DNA of 64,000 nucleotides from NCBI GenBank assembly GCA_963695555.1, contig CAVOGR010000007.1, positions 512,001 to 576,000 on the forward strand, in the 5' to 3' direction. Of the stretch, positions 20,131 through 30,029 are shown in pieces. Every line of letters begins with the position of its first letter. The stretch's first letter is position 1. The notes below the pieces were generated by a model. That model did not search any database, was not told the DNA's origin, and saw only the letters and a list, made by a program, of their open reading frames with translations. This DNA comes from an uncultured Gemmatimonadales bacterium. Lineage in GTDB: Bacteria; Gemmatimonadota; Gemmatimonadetes; Gemmatimonadales; GWC2-71-9. The translations under genes and the position numbers were made by a program.

Positions 20131-21072
20131 CTACACTCGTGCTTCCCACCCCTTGCCGTCTTCTCCCTCCCTCACCTTATCCGATTGCGTCAGTTCGAGG
20201 AAGACCTGATGGAGTCCGACGGGTCGCAGCGCCACAGATCTGACCGGAACGCCCTCGAGTTGCAGGATCAGGTCCGGCAGGGTGGTCTTGGCTGGAAGCA
20301 ACAACGTGAGCCGCCCGCCGTAGGTCCGAATCGGAATCCCCAAGGCGGAGGTGCGCGCCACCAAAGAGGCAATATCATCCACGTCCACCTCGGCGAGTTC
20401 CGCCGCAGGAACTTCCCGACACAGCACGTCAACCGATCCTTCCCGTAGGATTCTGCCGCCGTGCAGTATGCCTATTCGATCGCACAGGGCCTCGGCCTCG
20501 TCCATCATATGAGTGGTGAGCAGGACGGTGGTCCCTTGGCTTCGGAGCAGACGCACGAACTCCCACACCTCGTAGCGCGCCTGCACATCCAGCCCGGCGG
20601 TGGGTTCGTCCAAGATCACCAGCGCCGGGGCGTGCACGACGGCGACCGCAAGGTTCACCCGCCGCTGCCAGCCACCACTCAGAGTGGAAACGAGCGCCTC
20701 CGAATACGCGGAGAGGCAGAGAGCGCCGATGACCCGGTCCACCTGGTGTGCCAGGGTGGAGCCGCGCAATCGGTAGACTCCGCCGAAGAACTGGAGATTT
20801 TCTGTCACGGTCAGCGACTGATAGAGCGCGATCTCCTGCGGCGCTATGCCGATCGCGCGTCGGGCCGTCGCTGACGGAGGCGCTCCGGCCACGGAAACCT
20901 CTCCGGCATCCAACCCGATGAGGCCGGTCAGGAGATTGATTGTGGTGCTCTTCCCGGCACCGTTGTTCCCCAAGAGCCCGTAGACCTCCCCCTGCTCCAC
21001 CGACAGGTCGAGTCCAGCCAACACGCGGCGGGTACCAAACGATTTCTCGGCGCCGCGCATGGCAATCATCAT
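20131..21072 (-). CDS. ABC-2 exporter ATP-binding subunit
   Basis: GNNGAGKST, LSGG, ILDEPT, TTH motifs. Confidence 0.95.
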   Translation of the reverse strand: MMIAMRGAEKSFGTRRVLAGLDLSVEQGEVYGLLGNNGAGKSTTINLLTGLIGLDAGEVSVAGAPPSATARRAIGIAPQEIALYQSLTVTENLQFFGGVYRLRGSTLAHQVDRVIGALCLSAYSEALVSTLSGGWQRRVNLAVAVVHAPALVILDEPTAGLDVQARYEVWEFVRLLRSQGTTVLLTTHMMDEAEALCDRIGILHGGRILREGSVDVLCREVPAAELAEVDVDDIASLVARTSALGIPIRTYGGRLTLLLPAKTTLPDLILQLEGVPVRSVALRPVGLHQVFLELTQSDKVREGEDGKGWEARV

Positions 21073-21073
21073 A

Positions 21074-21847
21074 TCAAGCCGCCCGCTCACGGCCCAGCAA
21101 CTGGCGATACGCGCGCGTGCCCACCGCCAGCGACAACGCGGCAAACGCCGAGAGAAAGAGCAGGTTGGCTCTGATCACGTGCACGCCTGCACCATCCTCA
21201 GCCACGGCCTTGAGCGCCGTGTTCATGTGATAGACAGGATCCGCCTGTGCCAGCGTGTGCAGGAACGGGGGTAACAGCTCGACGGGGAAGAAGGTGCCGC
21301 CTAGGACCAATAGCGGGACGCCGACCGCCGCCACCGGACCGGTGACGTCCTCGGTGCTTCCGGCAAATCGCGCACCGAAGAAGAAGCCCAACCCCACATA
21401 ACACATGGCGCTCAAGAACGTAATGAGCGCCCCCAACCAGAGCCGGCCACGAAATCCGCCTCCGGCCGCATAGGTCAGCCCGTAGACGATCGCGGCTTGG
21501 CCCAGCGCGATCGCGAGATGGGCCCACACCACCCCGCCGTAATACGCCACTCCGGAGAGCGGGGAGAGGAGCAGGCGCCGCAGCGTGCGCCGCTCTCGTT
21601 CACCGACGATCAACGATACCGGCCCGCCGAGGCAGCTGAAGAACATCGCCGCGCCGAGGAGGATGCCGGGCGCGGTCGAGGTGAACGAGTGACCGATCCC
21701 TCCGTATTCGTCGGCGTACACCCAGCCGAACAGGATCAGCATCAGCGTTGGGAACAGGATCCACAGGAAGAGCAGCCGTCGATTCCGCATGAGCTCGATG
21801 AGAATCCGACGGGCAACCAGCCCGCTATCGAACAAGATGGCCGACAT
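21074..21847 (-). CDS. ABC-2 exporter permease
   Basis: Six hydrophobic segments, ERERRTLRRLLLSP, GGTFFP...LP. Confidence 0.9.
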   Translation of the reverse strand: MSAILFDSGLVARRILIELMRNRRLLFLWILFPTLMLILFGWVYADEYGGIGHSFTSTAPGILLGAAMFFSCLGGPVSLIVGERERRTLRRLLLSPLSGVAYYGGVVWAHLAIALGQAAIVYGLTYAAGGGFRGRLWLGALITFLSAMCYVGLGFFFGARFAGSTEDVTGPVAAVGVPLLVLGGTFFPVELLPPFLHTLAQADPVYHMNTALKAVAEDGAGVHVIRANLLFLSAFAALSLAVGTRAYRQLLGRERAA

Positions 21848-21880
21848 AATTCCCCTCTTGCCTGGGGCGCTACCGACAAG

Positions 21881-21928
21881 GTATCTTGACAATGTCAAGA
21901 TACTTCAAAACCTGACGGTGTCAAGATG
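21881..21928. promoter_or_regulatory. TetR operator pair in divergent promoter
   Basis: Perfect palindrome GTATCTTGACA-A-TGTCAAGATAC (21881-21903) and second copy CTGACGGTGTCAAGAT at the tetR start. Confidence 0.8.
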
Positions 21929-22558
21929 CCTCAAAAGCCCCAGGCTAGGCCTCGAGCCCGATCCTATCATCACGGCGATCTGCGCCCTGCCCTGCTCGCC
22001 GCCGCGCTTCGGCTGTTGGAAGAGCGCGACCCAGGAGACCTGAGCCTCAGGGCCATTGCCCGGGAAGCCGGCGTGAGCCGGGCGGCCCCCTACCACCACT
22101 TCGCGGATCGCGAGGCACTCCTGGCCGCGGTGGCCGCGGAAGGGTTTCGCGCGCTCCGCGCGGCCATGATGGAGCGACTCGAGGCGGCCGCGGGCACTCC
22201 GCTCGAGCGGATGCGGGAAATGGGCGTGGCCTATGTGGTGTTTGCGGTCCGCCACCCCCAGCTCTATCGACTGATGTTCGGGGGTGAGTTTCGCAACCGA
22301 GAGAGTCACGCGGAGCTGGTGCGGGAGTCGGCTGAGGCCTACGCGGCCTTGGGGACGGCGATGGGAAATTCCATGCCGGCAGGATCCGGCGGGGGGGGAG
22401 AGCCCGACGCCTTCGCGCTCAGTGCCTGGGCCCTGGTGCACGGTCTCGCCATGCTCGTGGTCGACCGACGCGTCGGGGTACCGGACATGTCCGACGAGCA
22501 GGTGGAAGCATTGGCGCGCCGAACCATCGAAGTTCTCGGACGAGGCGTCACGGGCTAG
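21926..22558 (+). CDS. TetR/AcrR regulator with WHG C-terminal domain
   Basis: YHHGDL, LSLRAIAREAGVSRAAPYHHF, WALVHGL. Confidence 0.95.
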   Translation: MPQKPQARPRARSYHHGDLRPALLAAALRLLEERDPGDLSLRAIAREAGVSRAAPYHHFADREALLAAVAAEGFRALRAAMMERLEAAAGTPLERMREMGVAYVVFAVRHPQLYRLMFGGEFRNRESHAELVRESAEAYAALGTAMGNSMPAGSGGGGEPDAFALSAWALVHGLAMLVVDRRVGVPDMSDEQVEALARRTIEVLGRGVTG

Positions 22559-22626
22559 GGTTCACACTCGAGATACGACTCACCGTGCCAGGAAAGCTGC
22601 GGATCGGCTAGCCCGTCAGATAGTGT

Positions 22627-23190
22627 TCACGCACTCTCGGAGAACATGTCGATCTGCGGTGGCGCGAGCGGCAGGCCCATCGCCAGCAACACCGCATCCA
22701 CCCAGCCCTCACGGTCTTCGGGATCGAGCCGATGGCACTCGACCCCGAAGACGTGGAGCAGCTCATCGATGACTGCGTCGATGTCCCGCTGGAACGTCCC
22801 GCTCACATCCCGCATCCCGTCGAACGACGGCGCCTCGACCACGGGAACCTTGAACAGTCCGCTGTAACTCGCCATCCAGCGGCCGGTCAGCAGATCATAC
22901 TCCGGCCGCCGACCCACCTTGTGCACCAGGTAGGCGTAGTTGTCCAGCACCGAGCGGTCGCAGATGACGGCCTCATACTGCGCGGCCGCTGCGATCTCCT
23001 CGGCGATCTGGGTGTGGATGATCCACGCCTGCGCCTCGAGTGTGGTGCCCTGATTGATGGGCAATGGGCAGCTGCGGACGACTTCCTTGACGATATCCAC
23101 GCCAAAGTCGAGGCGCTTGAGCCGCGATGCCAGGTCGAAGCACAGCGTCGTCTTGCCGACGCCGTGCGAGCCGATGAAGGCGATCTTCAC
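22627..23190 (-). CDS. AAA_28/NadR-type P-loop kinase-like ATPase
   Basis: GSHGVGKTT, ICDRSVLDNYAY, DGMRD. Confidence 0.8.
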   Translation of the reverse strand: MKIAFIGSHGVGKTTLCFDLASRLKRLDFGVDIVKEVVRSCPLPINQGTTLEAQAWIIHTQIAEEIAAAAQYEAVICDRSVLDNYAYLVHKVGRRPEYDLLTGRWMASYSGLFKVPVVEAPSFDGMRDVSGTFQRDIDAVIDELLHVFGVECHRLDPEDREGWVDAVLLAMGLPLAPPQIDMFSESA

Positions 23191-23349
23191 GTGAGGATCC
23201 TCCGCTGGCACAAAGATGCCGCGCGTTGGCCGGGTTGACCAGGAGGGCCAGCCACAACCCGGACTCGAAATCCTGACGCATGGGGACGTCGATACCGACT
23301 GCCCTGCCTGAACATCCGGTGTTCCTTGCCGACCGAAGGTATCACCGGA

Positions 23350-24264
23350 TTACGCCTCGGAGGTCCTGGTGCGCGCCACTTGGCCAGGGTCTTCACTCGT
23401 GCCACTCTGCGCAAGTGACGCGTATCGGATGCCGTGCTTCCCGCCATGCTTGACACGGTACATCACATTATCGGCCGCAGTGATGAGTGCGTCGGGCGTC
23501 TCGGGGGCTTCCACGCACGTGACCACGCCAATGCTGAAGGTGACCGGCCACCCATGAAGGTCCATCGCTCGGCCCAGTGCCTCGTCCAGCTTGGCAAACA
23601 CCGCTTCGGCACCGGCTCGGTCGGTCTCCGGCAGGAGAATGGCGAATTCGTCACCACCCAACCGGGCCAGGCTATCCAAGCGCCGCAATGCGTGCGATAC
23701 GATGTCGGCCACAACGCGCAGCAGTTCGTCGCCGCGGCTGTGGCCCTGCTGGTCATTCACGGCCTTGAAGTTGTCGACATCGACATAGGCCAGGCTGAGT
23801 GGGCGGGGTCGGCGCCGCATGCGAACCAGTTCGAGATCAAGCGTTTCCAGAAAGGCCCGACTGTTGAGCGCCCCGGTCAGATAGTCGGTCCGCGACAAGT
23901 CGCGTTCGCGCTCCAGGGCGTCCTTGAGCTTGGTTACCAGGATGGTGACCACCAGGAAGAAGCTCAGTCGGGTGGTGGAGTTCCAGTACGGGATGAACGG
24001 GCTGGTGAACGCCTCGCCGGCCAGGATATTCGCCACTTGCCAGGTCACGGCACTGGCGACCGAGACGGTGATGCCCCAAGCCCTTCCCGCGAACCACGCC
24101 ACGAGAAAGACCGGGAGCAAGTAGAACAACGCGAAGGAGATCTCGAACCCCGTCGCGTTATCGATGACACCGAGCCCGATGGCGAGGGCGATACCCAGGA
24201 GGAGCACGGCAGTCTTGCTGAGGCGGCCAACGAACTCGGCAACTCGTCCAAGAGGCTGAATCAC
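23350..24264 (-). CDS. Membrane-bound diguanylate cyclase
   Basis: N-terminal 4-TM sensor; DYLTG, DVDNFK, GHSRGD, RLGGDEF. Confidence 0.95.
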   Translation of the reverse strand: MIQPLGRVAEFVGRLSKTAVLLLGIALAIGLGVIDNATGFEISFALFYLLPVFLVAWFAGRAWGITVSVASAVTWQVANILAGEAFTSPFIPYWNSTTRLSFFLVVTILVTKLKDALERERDLSRTDYLTGALNSRAFLETLDLELVRMRRRPRPLSLAYVDVDNFKAVNDQQGHSRGDELLRVVADIVSHALRRLDSLARLGGDEFAILLPETDRAGAEAVFAKLDEALGRAMDLHGWPVTFSIGVVTCVEAPETPDALITAADNVMYRVKHGGKHGIRYASLAQSGTSEDPGQVARTRTSEA

Positions 24265-24296
24265 GGCTCGCCCGCCCCAGGCTCCCTGGTGTGCAT

Positions 24297-25406
24297 CTAT
24301 GGAGCCCGCGTCTTAGAGGGGGGGTCTGGCCTGGGGCGCGTGGTCACCAGCTGATGCAGAACGGTTATGCCGATGGTCACGGCGGTGAGGGGCACCACCA
24401 CATACAGCACCACCGAACGATAGGAGGTTTCTGCAGCCGGATGTGAAGCTCCCACGATGAGATATCCGGTATAGAGCAGGTACAACCCGAACAAGAGCAG
24501 GCCCTCCAAACGGGCAATGCGGCCGCCGGTAAAGAAGATCGGCAGGCACACGGCCGCGACCGCCATCATCACCGGGAGATGGAGCTGAAGCGTTTCGGCT
24601 GAGACCGTGAGGTCTCGTGCGGCCAGCGCACTGAGCCCAAGCACCGCGAGCACATTGAAGATGTTGCTCCCTATCACATTACCGACCGCAATATCCCGCT
24701 CCCCTTTGAACGCCGCTACGATCGACGTGGCCACCTCCGGCAGCGACGTGCCTGCAGCGACGATGGTGAGGCCGATGACGAGATCGCCGACCCCCATCGC
24801 GGCCGCGAGCGCCACCGCGCCATTAACCATCCAGCGTGAGCCCAAGACCAGCATGGCAAGGCCGGCCACGATCAGGAGCACGTGGAGGGCGACCGGGCGC
24901 ACGCCCCGGAGAGTCGTGCCGAATTCTGCCGTATAGTCGGCCGCGACCGACGGATCGTCGGAGCGGCCTTTCAGGACGGCGAACGCGGTGTACACAATGA
25001 AGCCGGCGAAGAGGGCAGCACCCTCCGGCCGGCTGATGTGCCCGTCGGTTCCCACAATCAGGAAGAGGACAGACGTCGCAATCATGATCGGGACTTCAAC
25101 CCGGACCAGCCGTTGGGACACGACAAGCGGCGTGATCATCGCCGAGATACCGAGTATGAACAACACGTTGAAGATGTTGCTTCCGACCACATTGCCGAGT
25201 GCAATGTCAGATCCGGCCGGGCCGGACAGCGCGGCCCGAACGCTGACCGCAAGCTCCGGGGCGCTGGTGCCGAAGGCCACCACCGTCAAGCCGATGACCA
25301 GCGACGAAATGCCCACCGACCGCCCCAGGCGCACGGCGCCGCGCACCAAGGCCTCGGCGCCGCCGACCAACAGCACCAATCCGAAGAAGAACTGCAACAC
25401 GACCAT
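24297..25406 (-). CDS. Calcium/sodium antiporter (YrbG family)
   Basis: Alpha repeats GTSAPEL and GTSLPEV, each followed by GN[VI][VI]GSNIFN. Confidence 0.95.
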   Translation of the reverse strand: MVVLQFFFGLVLLVGGAEALVRGAVRLGRSVGISSLVIGLTVVAFGTSAPELAVSVRAALSGPAGSDIALGNVVGSNIFNVLFILGISAMITPLVVSQRLVRVEVPIMIATSVLFLIVGTDGHISRPEGAALFAGFIVYTAFAVLKGRSDDPSVAADYTAEFGTTLRGVRPVALHVLLIVAGLAMLVLGSRWMVNGAVALAAAMGVGDLVIGLTIVAAGTSLPEVATSIVAAFKGERDIAVGNVIGSNIFNVLAVLGLSALAARDLTVSAETLQLHLPVMMAVAAVCLPIFFTGGRIARLEGLLLFGLYLLYTGYLIVGASHPAAETSYRSVVLYVVVPLTAVTIGITVLHQLVTTRPRPDPPSKTRAP

Positions 25407-25423
25407 GTGAGCTCGGTACTGCC

Positions 25424-25786
25424 TCAGGAATCGCGGTGGACTGTCTCCGGGTCGAACGCCGGCAGGCAGACCGCCACATACTCCGCACCGCCGGGCTCCG
25501 GGCATGAATACCGAACCCACTCGCCGGGATGGGTCACCACGGCCTGCCCCGACCGCACATCGAGCGTCCCACCCTCGTGGTCCACGCGCACGAGACCCTG
25601 AAGCACGAGAGTGATCTCCTCAAACTCCGGCCGCTGACCGGGTTCCTCCCATCCCTCGGGCGCTACCATCCGAGCCACGCTCACCTTCACGTGACCGGTG
25701 TTGACGCGGCCGGTGTATTCCTCGATCCGCTTCGGTTTGTTGCCGGCGGCCTCGATGATGGTCGGACCGGCGATGAGCGTGGGCAT
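25424..25786 (-). CDS. Cupin domain protein
   Basis: GNKPKRIEEYTGRVN, WEEPGQRPEFEE, EWVRYS. Confidence 0.85.
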   Translation of the reverse strand: MPTLIAGPTIIEAAGNKPKRIEEYTGRVNTGHVKVSVARMVAPEGWEEPGQRPEFEEITLVLQGLVRVDHEGGTLDVRSGQAVVTHPGEWVRYSCPEPGGAEYVAVCLPAFDPETVHRDS

Positions 25787-25832
25787 GGGCCCTCCGGATA
25801 CCGCGGGGAGACGGCGGCCGCGAAGGCCGTGC

Positions 25833-26675
25833 CTAGGACTGATGGGAAATGAGGTACGACAGCCGAGAGCACAGCTCGGACTGGGTCACGCCGGCCAGGT
25901 CGGGCGAGACGCTCTCGAGCAGCACGTGAAGCGCCCGGCTCCCATAGGACAGGAGCTTTCGTCGGTCGGCCATTTCATCGAGCGTGCTCACCATGGTGCG
26001 GCGGCGGACCCGGAGATTCTCCATGCGCCGGTCGCAGGTCATCCCGCCAAACCTGCTCTCGCAATCTTTCGCCAGAGCGGCGAGCCGCGTCCGGATCTGG
26101 TGCGGATCGCGGGTGCCGAGGTCGACGACTCCTTCCACAAAGCTGATCCTCCGCTTTGCGCCGCCCACCGGCGTGAACAGATCCAAGAATGCCAAATCCG
26201 ATTCGTCCGGTTCGGCCTCCATTCGGTGCGAGGCACTCAAGGCACCGAGCATGGCACTCGAACTGGGTTTCCCGACCCATGAGGCGGTAGTCGACTTGGT
26301 ACGGCCGGCGCCCGGTTGATCGGGAGGCTTGCAGTAGACCAGTTGCCCAGGTTGGTCGAAGGGAATCTCGAACACATCACCGTCCACCGTAACCGACAAG
26401 TGCGTGCCGGTCAGCTCGAACTTGGCGGCGCGGAGCTGTTTCGGGACGCCGGCCAAATCGGTGGCTCTGAGTATCGCGGTCCGAAGCCCGGCCTCGCCGA
26501 GAAGGTCGGCCGCGGCTGACAATTGATCGCGATTGGGCGCGGCCAGCCAGATCTCGGGGGCCGGGTAATTCGCCTTGATCCGCGCCTCGGCAGGGGCGAG
26601 CTGAAGCACCGCAGCCGCTTTCACCGCGTCGACCTCGGTGTGCGGTGGATTGGAAACCACGAGTGAGTAATCCAT
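25833..26675 (-). CDS. Hypothetical protein
   Basis: Uninterrupted ORF of protein-like composition, GGAAGGA upstream of MDYSLVV. Confidence 0.65.
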   Translation of the reverse strand: MDYSLVVSNPPHTEVDAVKAAAVLQLAPAEARIKANYPAPEIWLAAPNRDQLSAAADLLGEAGLRTAILRATDLAGVPKQLRAAKFELTGTHLSVTVDGDVFEIPFDQPGQLVYCKPPDQPGAGRTKSTTASWVGKPSSSAMLGALSASHRMEAEPDESDLAFLDLFTPVGGAKRRISFVEGVVDLGTRDPHQIRTRLAALAKDCESRFGGMTCDRRMENLRVRRRTMVSTLDEMADRRKLLSYGSRALHVLLESVSPDLAGVTQSELCSRLSYLISHQS

Positions 26676-26789
26676 CGGTTCCTTCCGGAGGGGTGGTCGT
26701 CCACCAATCACATGGATACGGGGGCTCCTCGACGCCACACAAACTTAGCCATACGGCCGCTGGATTCCATGGGCGAAGAGGTCGCAGGC

Positions 26790-27164
26790 TCAGTCGCCTG
26801 GCATCTCCTCCACGGCCAACTGCATGTACATGAACGCGGCCGCCTCATCGCTCAACGGGTTAGTGCCAAACGAGTCGAGCCACACCGTAATGCGGGCTTG
26901 ATGGGGTGCAATAGCCCTCCGGAGTGTCTCCCGGTCGGCCGACGGCGACTGCGCGATGAACGTCGCGCGCTCCACGTCGTCTCCGATGCCCCAAACCTGG
27001 GCGAAAGGAGTGAGCGAGCGCAGGGGTTCGGGCACCTGCTCAGGGTCGAGTTGTATCTTCGCGGCCTGCCCCTCCGCGCCGGCGGAAGCATCTCCAGGTC
27101 GGCAGGAACTACATCCGGACATCACCACGCCAAGAAGCACGACGAAACTGAGATAGCGTTTCAT
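26790..27164 (-). CDS. Hypothetical lipoprotein
   Basis: MKRY...VMSGC lipobox; WGIGDDVER motif. Confidence 0.7.
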   Translation of the reverse strand: MKRYLSFVVLLGVVMSGCSSCRPGDASAGAEGQAAKIQLDPEQVPEPLRSLTPFAQVWGIGDDVERATFIAQSPSADRETLRRAIAPHQARITVWLDSFGTNPLSDEAAAFMYMQLAVEEMPGD

Positions 27165-27188
27165 GGGACCAGTTCCTCTCGAGGTTTC

Positions 27189-27857
27189 CTAGGCTTCCGA
27201 ACAGGCAACCCGGTAGCGGCACAACCAATAGTAAGTCAACGGGACGAATTCCACGTCGCGGGCCACCGGCTCGAGGGATGCGCGCAGGTCCCGTCTGCGC
27301 GGGAAGTTCTTCAGAATCTCATGCTGAGATCCGTCCGCCAGCTGCCGGATCTGGTAGGTATTGCCTGCGGCGTCGATCCGGGAGATGGGCGTGCTGTTTC
27401 CTTCCACGAAGGAATTGTCCATCAGGGCCACCAGCGCACCCGGCCTCAGGTGGGCATGGAAGGCCTGGAGGAATCGGGTGGTCTCATCCTTGGGAATATG
27501 GGACCACCAGAAGCCGGCGAAGCCGGCAGAATAGGTCCCTGACAGACCTTCGAGCGAAAAGGCGTCGGCCTCGAGCAGCGATACGTCGCAAGCACCGAAG
27601 TCCTTCTTCTTGGCATACTCCAGCACTTCTCGGCTCACATCCGTGGCCACAATCGACCGGGCGCTTTGGGCAATGAACTGGGTCCAGTAGCCCGTCCCGC
27701 AGGCAACCTCGAGTACATCCTCCCCAGCAAAGGCCTGCATGACTGCGCGCTCCAGCCAGCGAAGCTCTGGCTGGCGCTCGGGCCGCAGGTACATGTCTTC
27801 GTATTCGCCGGCCCGACGAGCGTAAAACTGAATAATGTCGGTCTGGAGTTCGGCCAT
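27189..27857 (-). CDS. Class I SAM-dependent methyltransferase
   Basis: VLEVACGTGYWT, ADAF, FWWSH. Confidence 0.9.
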   Translation of the reverse strand: MAELQTDIIQFYARRAGEYEDMYLRPERQPELRWLERAVMQAFAGEDVLEVACGTGYWTQFIAQSARSIVATDVSREVLEYAKKKDFGACDVSLLEADAFSLEGLSGTYSAGFAGFWWSHIPKDETTRFLQAFHAHLRPGALVALMDNSFVEGNSTPISRIDAAGNTYQIRQLADGSQHEILKNFPRRRDLRASLEPVARDVEFVPLTYYWLCRYRVACSEA

Positions 27858-27891
27858 GAGCCGCCTTCTGGCTGGAACCACCGCAGATGCG

Positions 27892-28461
27892 CTACTCGGT
27901 CGCCAGCATCGTGGGTTGCGCGTAAGGCCGGGCCCCGACGAATTCCTTCGGTACCACCTTTCGCTTGGCACTCCACTCGTCGATGGTGATGCGATAGACC
28001 GACGTACGGTCGAGTTCCGCAGAAGTAATTGCCTGATAGTCTTTACCCGGCACGAGGTCCGGACAGTACTTGTCGAGCAGCGCCTGCAGCGCCCTTCCTG
28101 CCTCCACCTGGTCGGCGGCAATCGACGCGCGTCCGAAGATCACGACCGAGGCATATTCGGCGCTGAACTCGAGTGCGGTATCGGCCGGGAGCAGCCGACC
28201 AAGCTCGAACACGGTGAACGCAACCCGCTCATCGCCTTCCACGTTGTCTCGAGTCTCTCCAATCCGAGCGGTGTGGGTATAGATGGCACCGGCATCTTCG
28301 TCGAAGACGAAGAGATTGGAATTCACAAACGGCTGTCCGTCCCGCACGGTCGCGAGCACGCCCACACCGGCTGAGTGGAGCATGGCCTTGATCCAGGCTT
28401 CGTCCGAGACGCTCCGATCGCGCCGCCGGGCCTTTCGGAGGTGGATCCGGTCTCTGGTCAT
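27892..28461 (-). CDS. Pyridoxamine 5'-phosphate oxidase/NimA-family flavin-binding protein
   Basis: RRRDR, IYTHTA, YASVVIFG, LLDKY. Confidence 0.85.
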   Translation of the reverse strand: MTRDRIHLRKARRRDRSVSDEAWIKAMLHSAGVGVLATVRDGQPFVNSNLFVFDEDAGAIYTHTARIGETRDNVEGDERVAFTVFELGRLLPADTALEFSAEYASVVIFGRASIAADQVEAGRALQALLDKYCPDLVPGKDYQAITSAELDRTSVYRITIDEWSAKRKVVPKEFVGARPYAQPTMLATE

Positions 28462-28474
28462 CGCATCTCGCCGG

Positions 28475-28963
28475 TTAGAGTGCTTTCGACTGTAATGGCA
28501 TCACCATGGGCGGCCCGACATCGCCGATGTGCCGAGCCAGGTACCCGGCGACATCGGACACCTCGCTGGATAGAAACGTTGAGATGTACGCGTCGCGCTC
28601 CGCCCAGATCACTTCGAGGTCCCACACACAGAACGACTCGCCGCCTGCGGCCGGGCGCCAGCCCTTCCCGTCGTCAACTGACCGGGCGAACACCCGCGTG
28701 GGGAGTTCATTCTCACGATCCCACCAGCTCACCACGGTATAGTCGATGCCCTCCCCATGGTGCGCGATCACGAAGCCGACGCCGGGCCGGCCCTCATCAA
28801 TCGCCGGTGCCGGTAACGACGAACGCACGAGAGCGAGGCCGCCCTCGAACTCGGTCCAATCGACGTCCGACCCGTCAAACGAGATCGAATACAGCTTGAG
28901 CCGCCAGCCGTCGAGGCTGAGAAGCTGGTGGAATCTGATCGAGCGTGGTCGGTAGGCTTTCAT
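28475..28963 (-). CDS. Conserved hypothetical protein
   Basis: GWRLKLYSI, GFVIAHHG, WWDRENEL, CVWDLEVIWAERDAY. Confidence 0.75.
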   Translation of the reverse strand: MKAYRPRSIRFHQLLSLDGWRLKLYSISFDGSDVDWTEFEGGLALVRSSLPAPAIDEGRPGVGFVIAHHGEGIDYTVVSWWDRENELPTRVFARSVDDGKGWRPAAGGESFCVWDLEVIWAERDAYISTFLSSEVSDVAGYLARHIGDVGPPMVMPLQSKAL

Positions 28964-29023
28964 GGGTGCCGGATAGAAAGTGCGCGCTGCACTGGATCTA
29001 GGCCAGTGGTTCGAGTAGGTCGG

Positions 29024-29302
29024 TCAGGCCTCTTGTCGCTCATCCCCGTTCGCCGTCCGCTCCAGGTACTCGTGGCCCTTCCAGGTCAATCGAATGGGCC
29101 GCGGCCTGATGCGGCCGTCGTCGCTGATGCCATGAGTGCTGGCCGTGATCATCCCGGCTTCGTGGAGCAACAGGACATGGTAGCCGACCGCGTCTTCACC
29201 GTACCCCTCGAGCTGGAGGTCGATGGGGACATCGCTGAAATCGTAGGGCGCCGCCTCGATGGTCTTCAGAATGCGCGCGAGGAGGATGGAATCTCGTTTC
29301 AT
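29024..29302 (-). CDS. DUF2513-family winged-helix protein
   Basis: MKRD..L.R.IL..IE, YHVLLL.EAG.I, RLTWKGHEYL. Confidence 0.85.
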   Translation of the reverse strand: MKRDSILLARILKTIEAAPYDFSDVPIDLQLEGYGEDAVGYHVLLLHEAGMITASTHGISDDGRIRPRPIRLTWKGHEYLERTANGDERQEA

Positions 29303-29411
29303 GGTCAGTCGTGCCTTCCACGGAAACAGTGCTCAGGCAGATTTACACGTGTGGATTATGGGGCACGAGCCCACGCCGCGCCACTCCACGAGGGGCACAC
29401 AACAGGCCGAC

Positions 29412-29446
29412 AAAACAAGAGCGGCGCCCCCATCGGGACGCCGCTC
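29412..29446 (-). terminator. Intrinsic terminator ending the atp operon after atpH
   Basis: Minus strand GAGCGGCGTCCC-gat-GGGGCGCCGCTC followed by TTGTTTT. Confidence 0.8.
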
Positions 29447-29492
29447 AACCTACCCCCCACCTCCTACCTTCCTACTTCCTCCGAACCTGGCG

Positions 29493-30029
29493 TCACTTCG
29501 CTAACAGCTGCCGCCTCAGCATGGTCATCCGCCGCCTCACCGAGCCGTCGTAGAATCGAGTGCCCACCCGCACGATCGTGCCGCCCAGGATCGCCGGGTC
29601 GAGATGGTAGCGGGCGATGACTTCCTTACCCAGTACCTGTTCGAGCGCGGCCTGAATGGTCTCCTGAAGCTTCGGGTCGGGCTCGCGCGCCAGGGTAACG
29701 TCGGCACGCACCCGGTTGAACGCCACGTCCACCAAGGCGAGATACTTCTGCGCTATCTCGCTGAACAGGAGCTGGCGGCCGCGTTTCACCACGGCCTGGA
29801 GGAACAGCACGAATTCCCGCGGGGCCTCCGGCAGCGCTGCCGCCAGGAGGCGTGCCTTTTCGGTCTTGGTAACCCGTGGCGACGCGAACACCATGTGCAC
29901 CTGGGGTGAGGCCCCCACCGCCCCGGCAACCGCGGAAAGGAGGTCGGCATACTCCTCCAGCCGGCCGCTTGCCTGCGCCAGATGGAACAGCGCCTCGGCG
30001 TAATTCTCCGCGATGGTTTCCTTGCTCAC
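29493..30029 (-). CDS. atpH: ATP synthase F1 delta subunit
   Basis: IAENYAEALF, DPAILGG...DGSVR. Confidence 0.95.
   Translation of the reverse strand: MSKETIAENYAEALFHLAQASGRLEEYADLLSAVAGAVGASPQVHMVFASPRVTKTEKARLLAAALPEAPREFVLFLQAVVKRGRQLLFSEIAQKYLALVDVAFNRVRADVTLAREPDPKLQETIQAALEQVLGKEVIARYHLDPAILGGTIVRVGTRFYDGSVRRRMTMLRRQLLAK

Noticed and set aside
23205..23221. CTGGCAC...TGC as a sigma54 promoter
   Set aside because: GG-GC spacing is 9, not 10, and it points away from the adjacent gene
25833..29302. Integron cassette array
   Set aside because: No integrase and no paired RYYYAAC/GTTRRRY attC boxes found in the spacers
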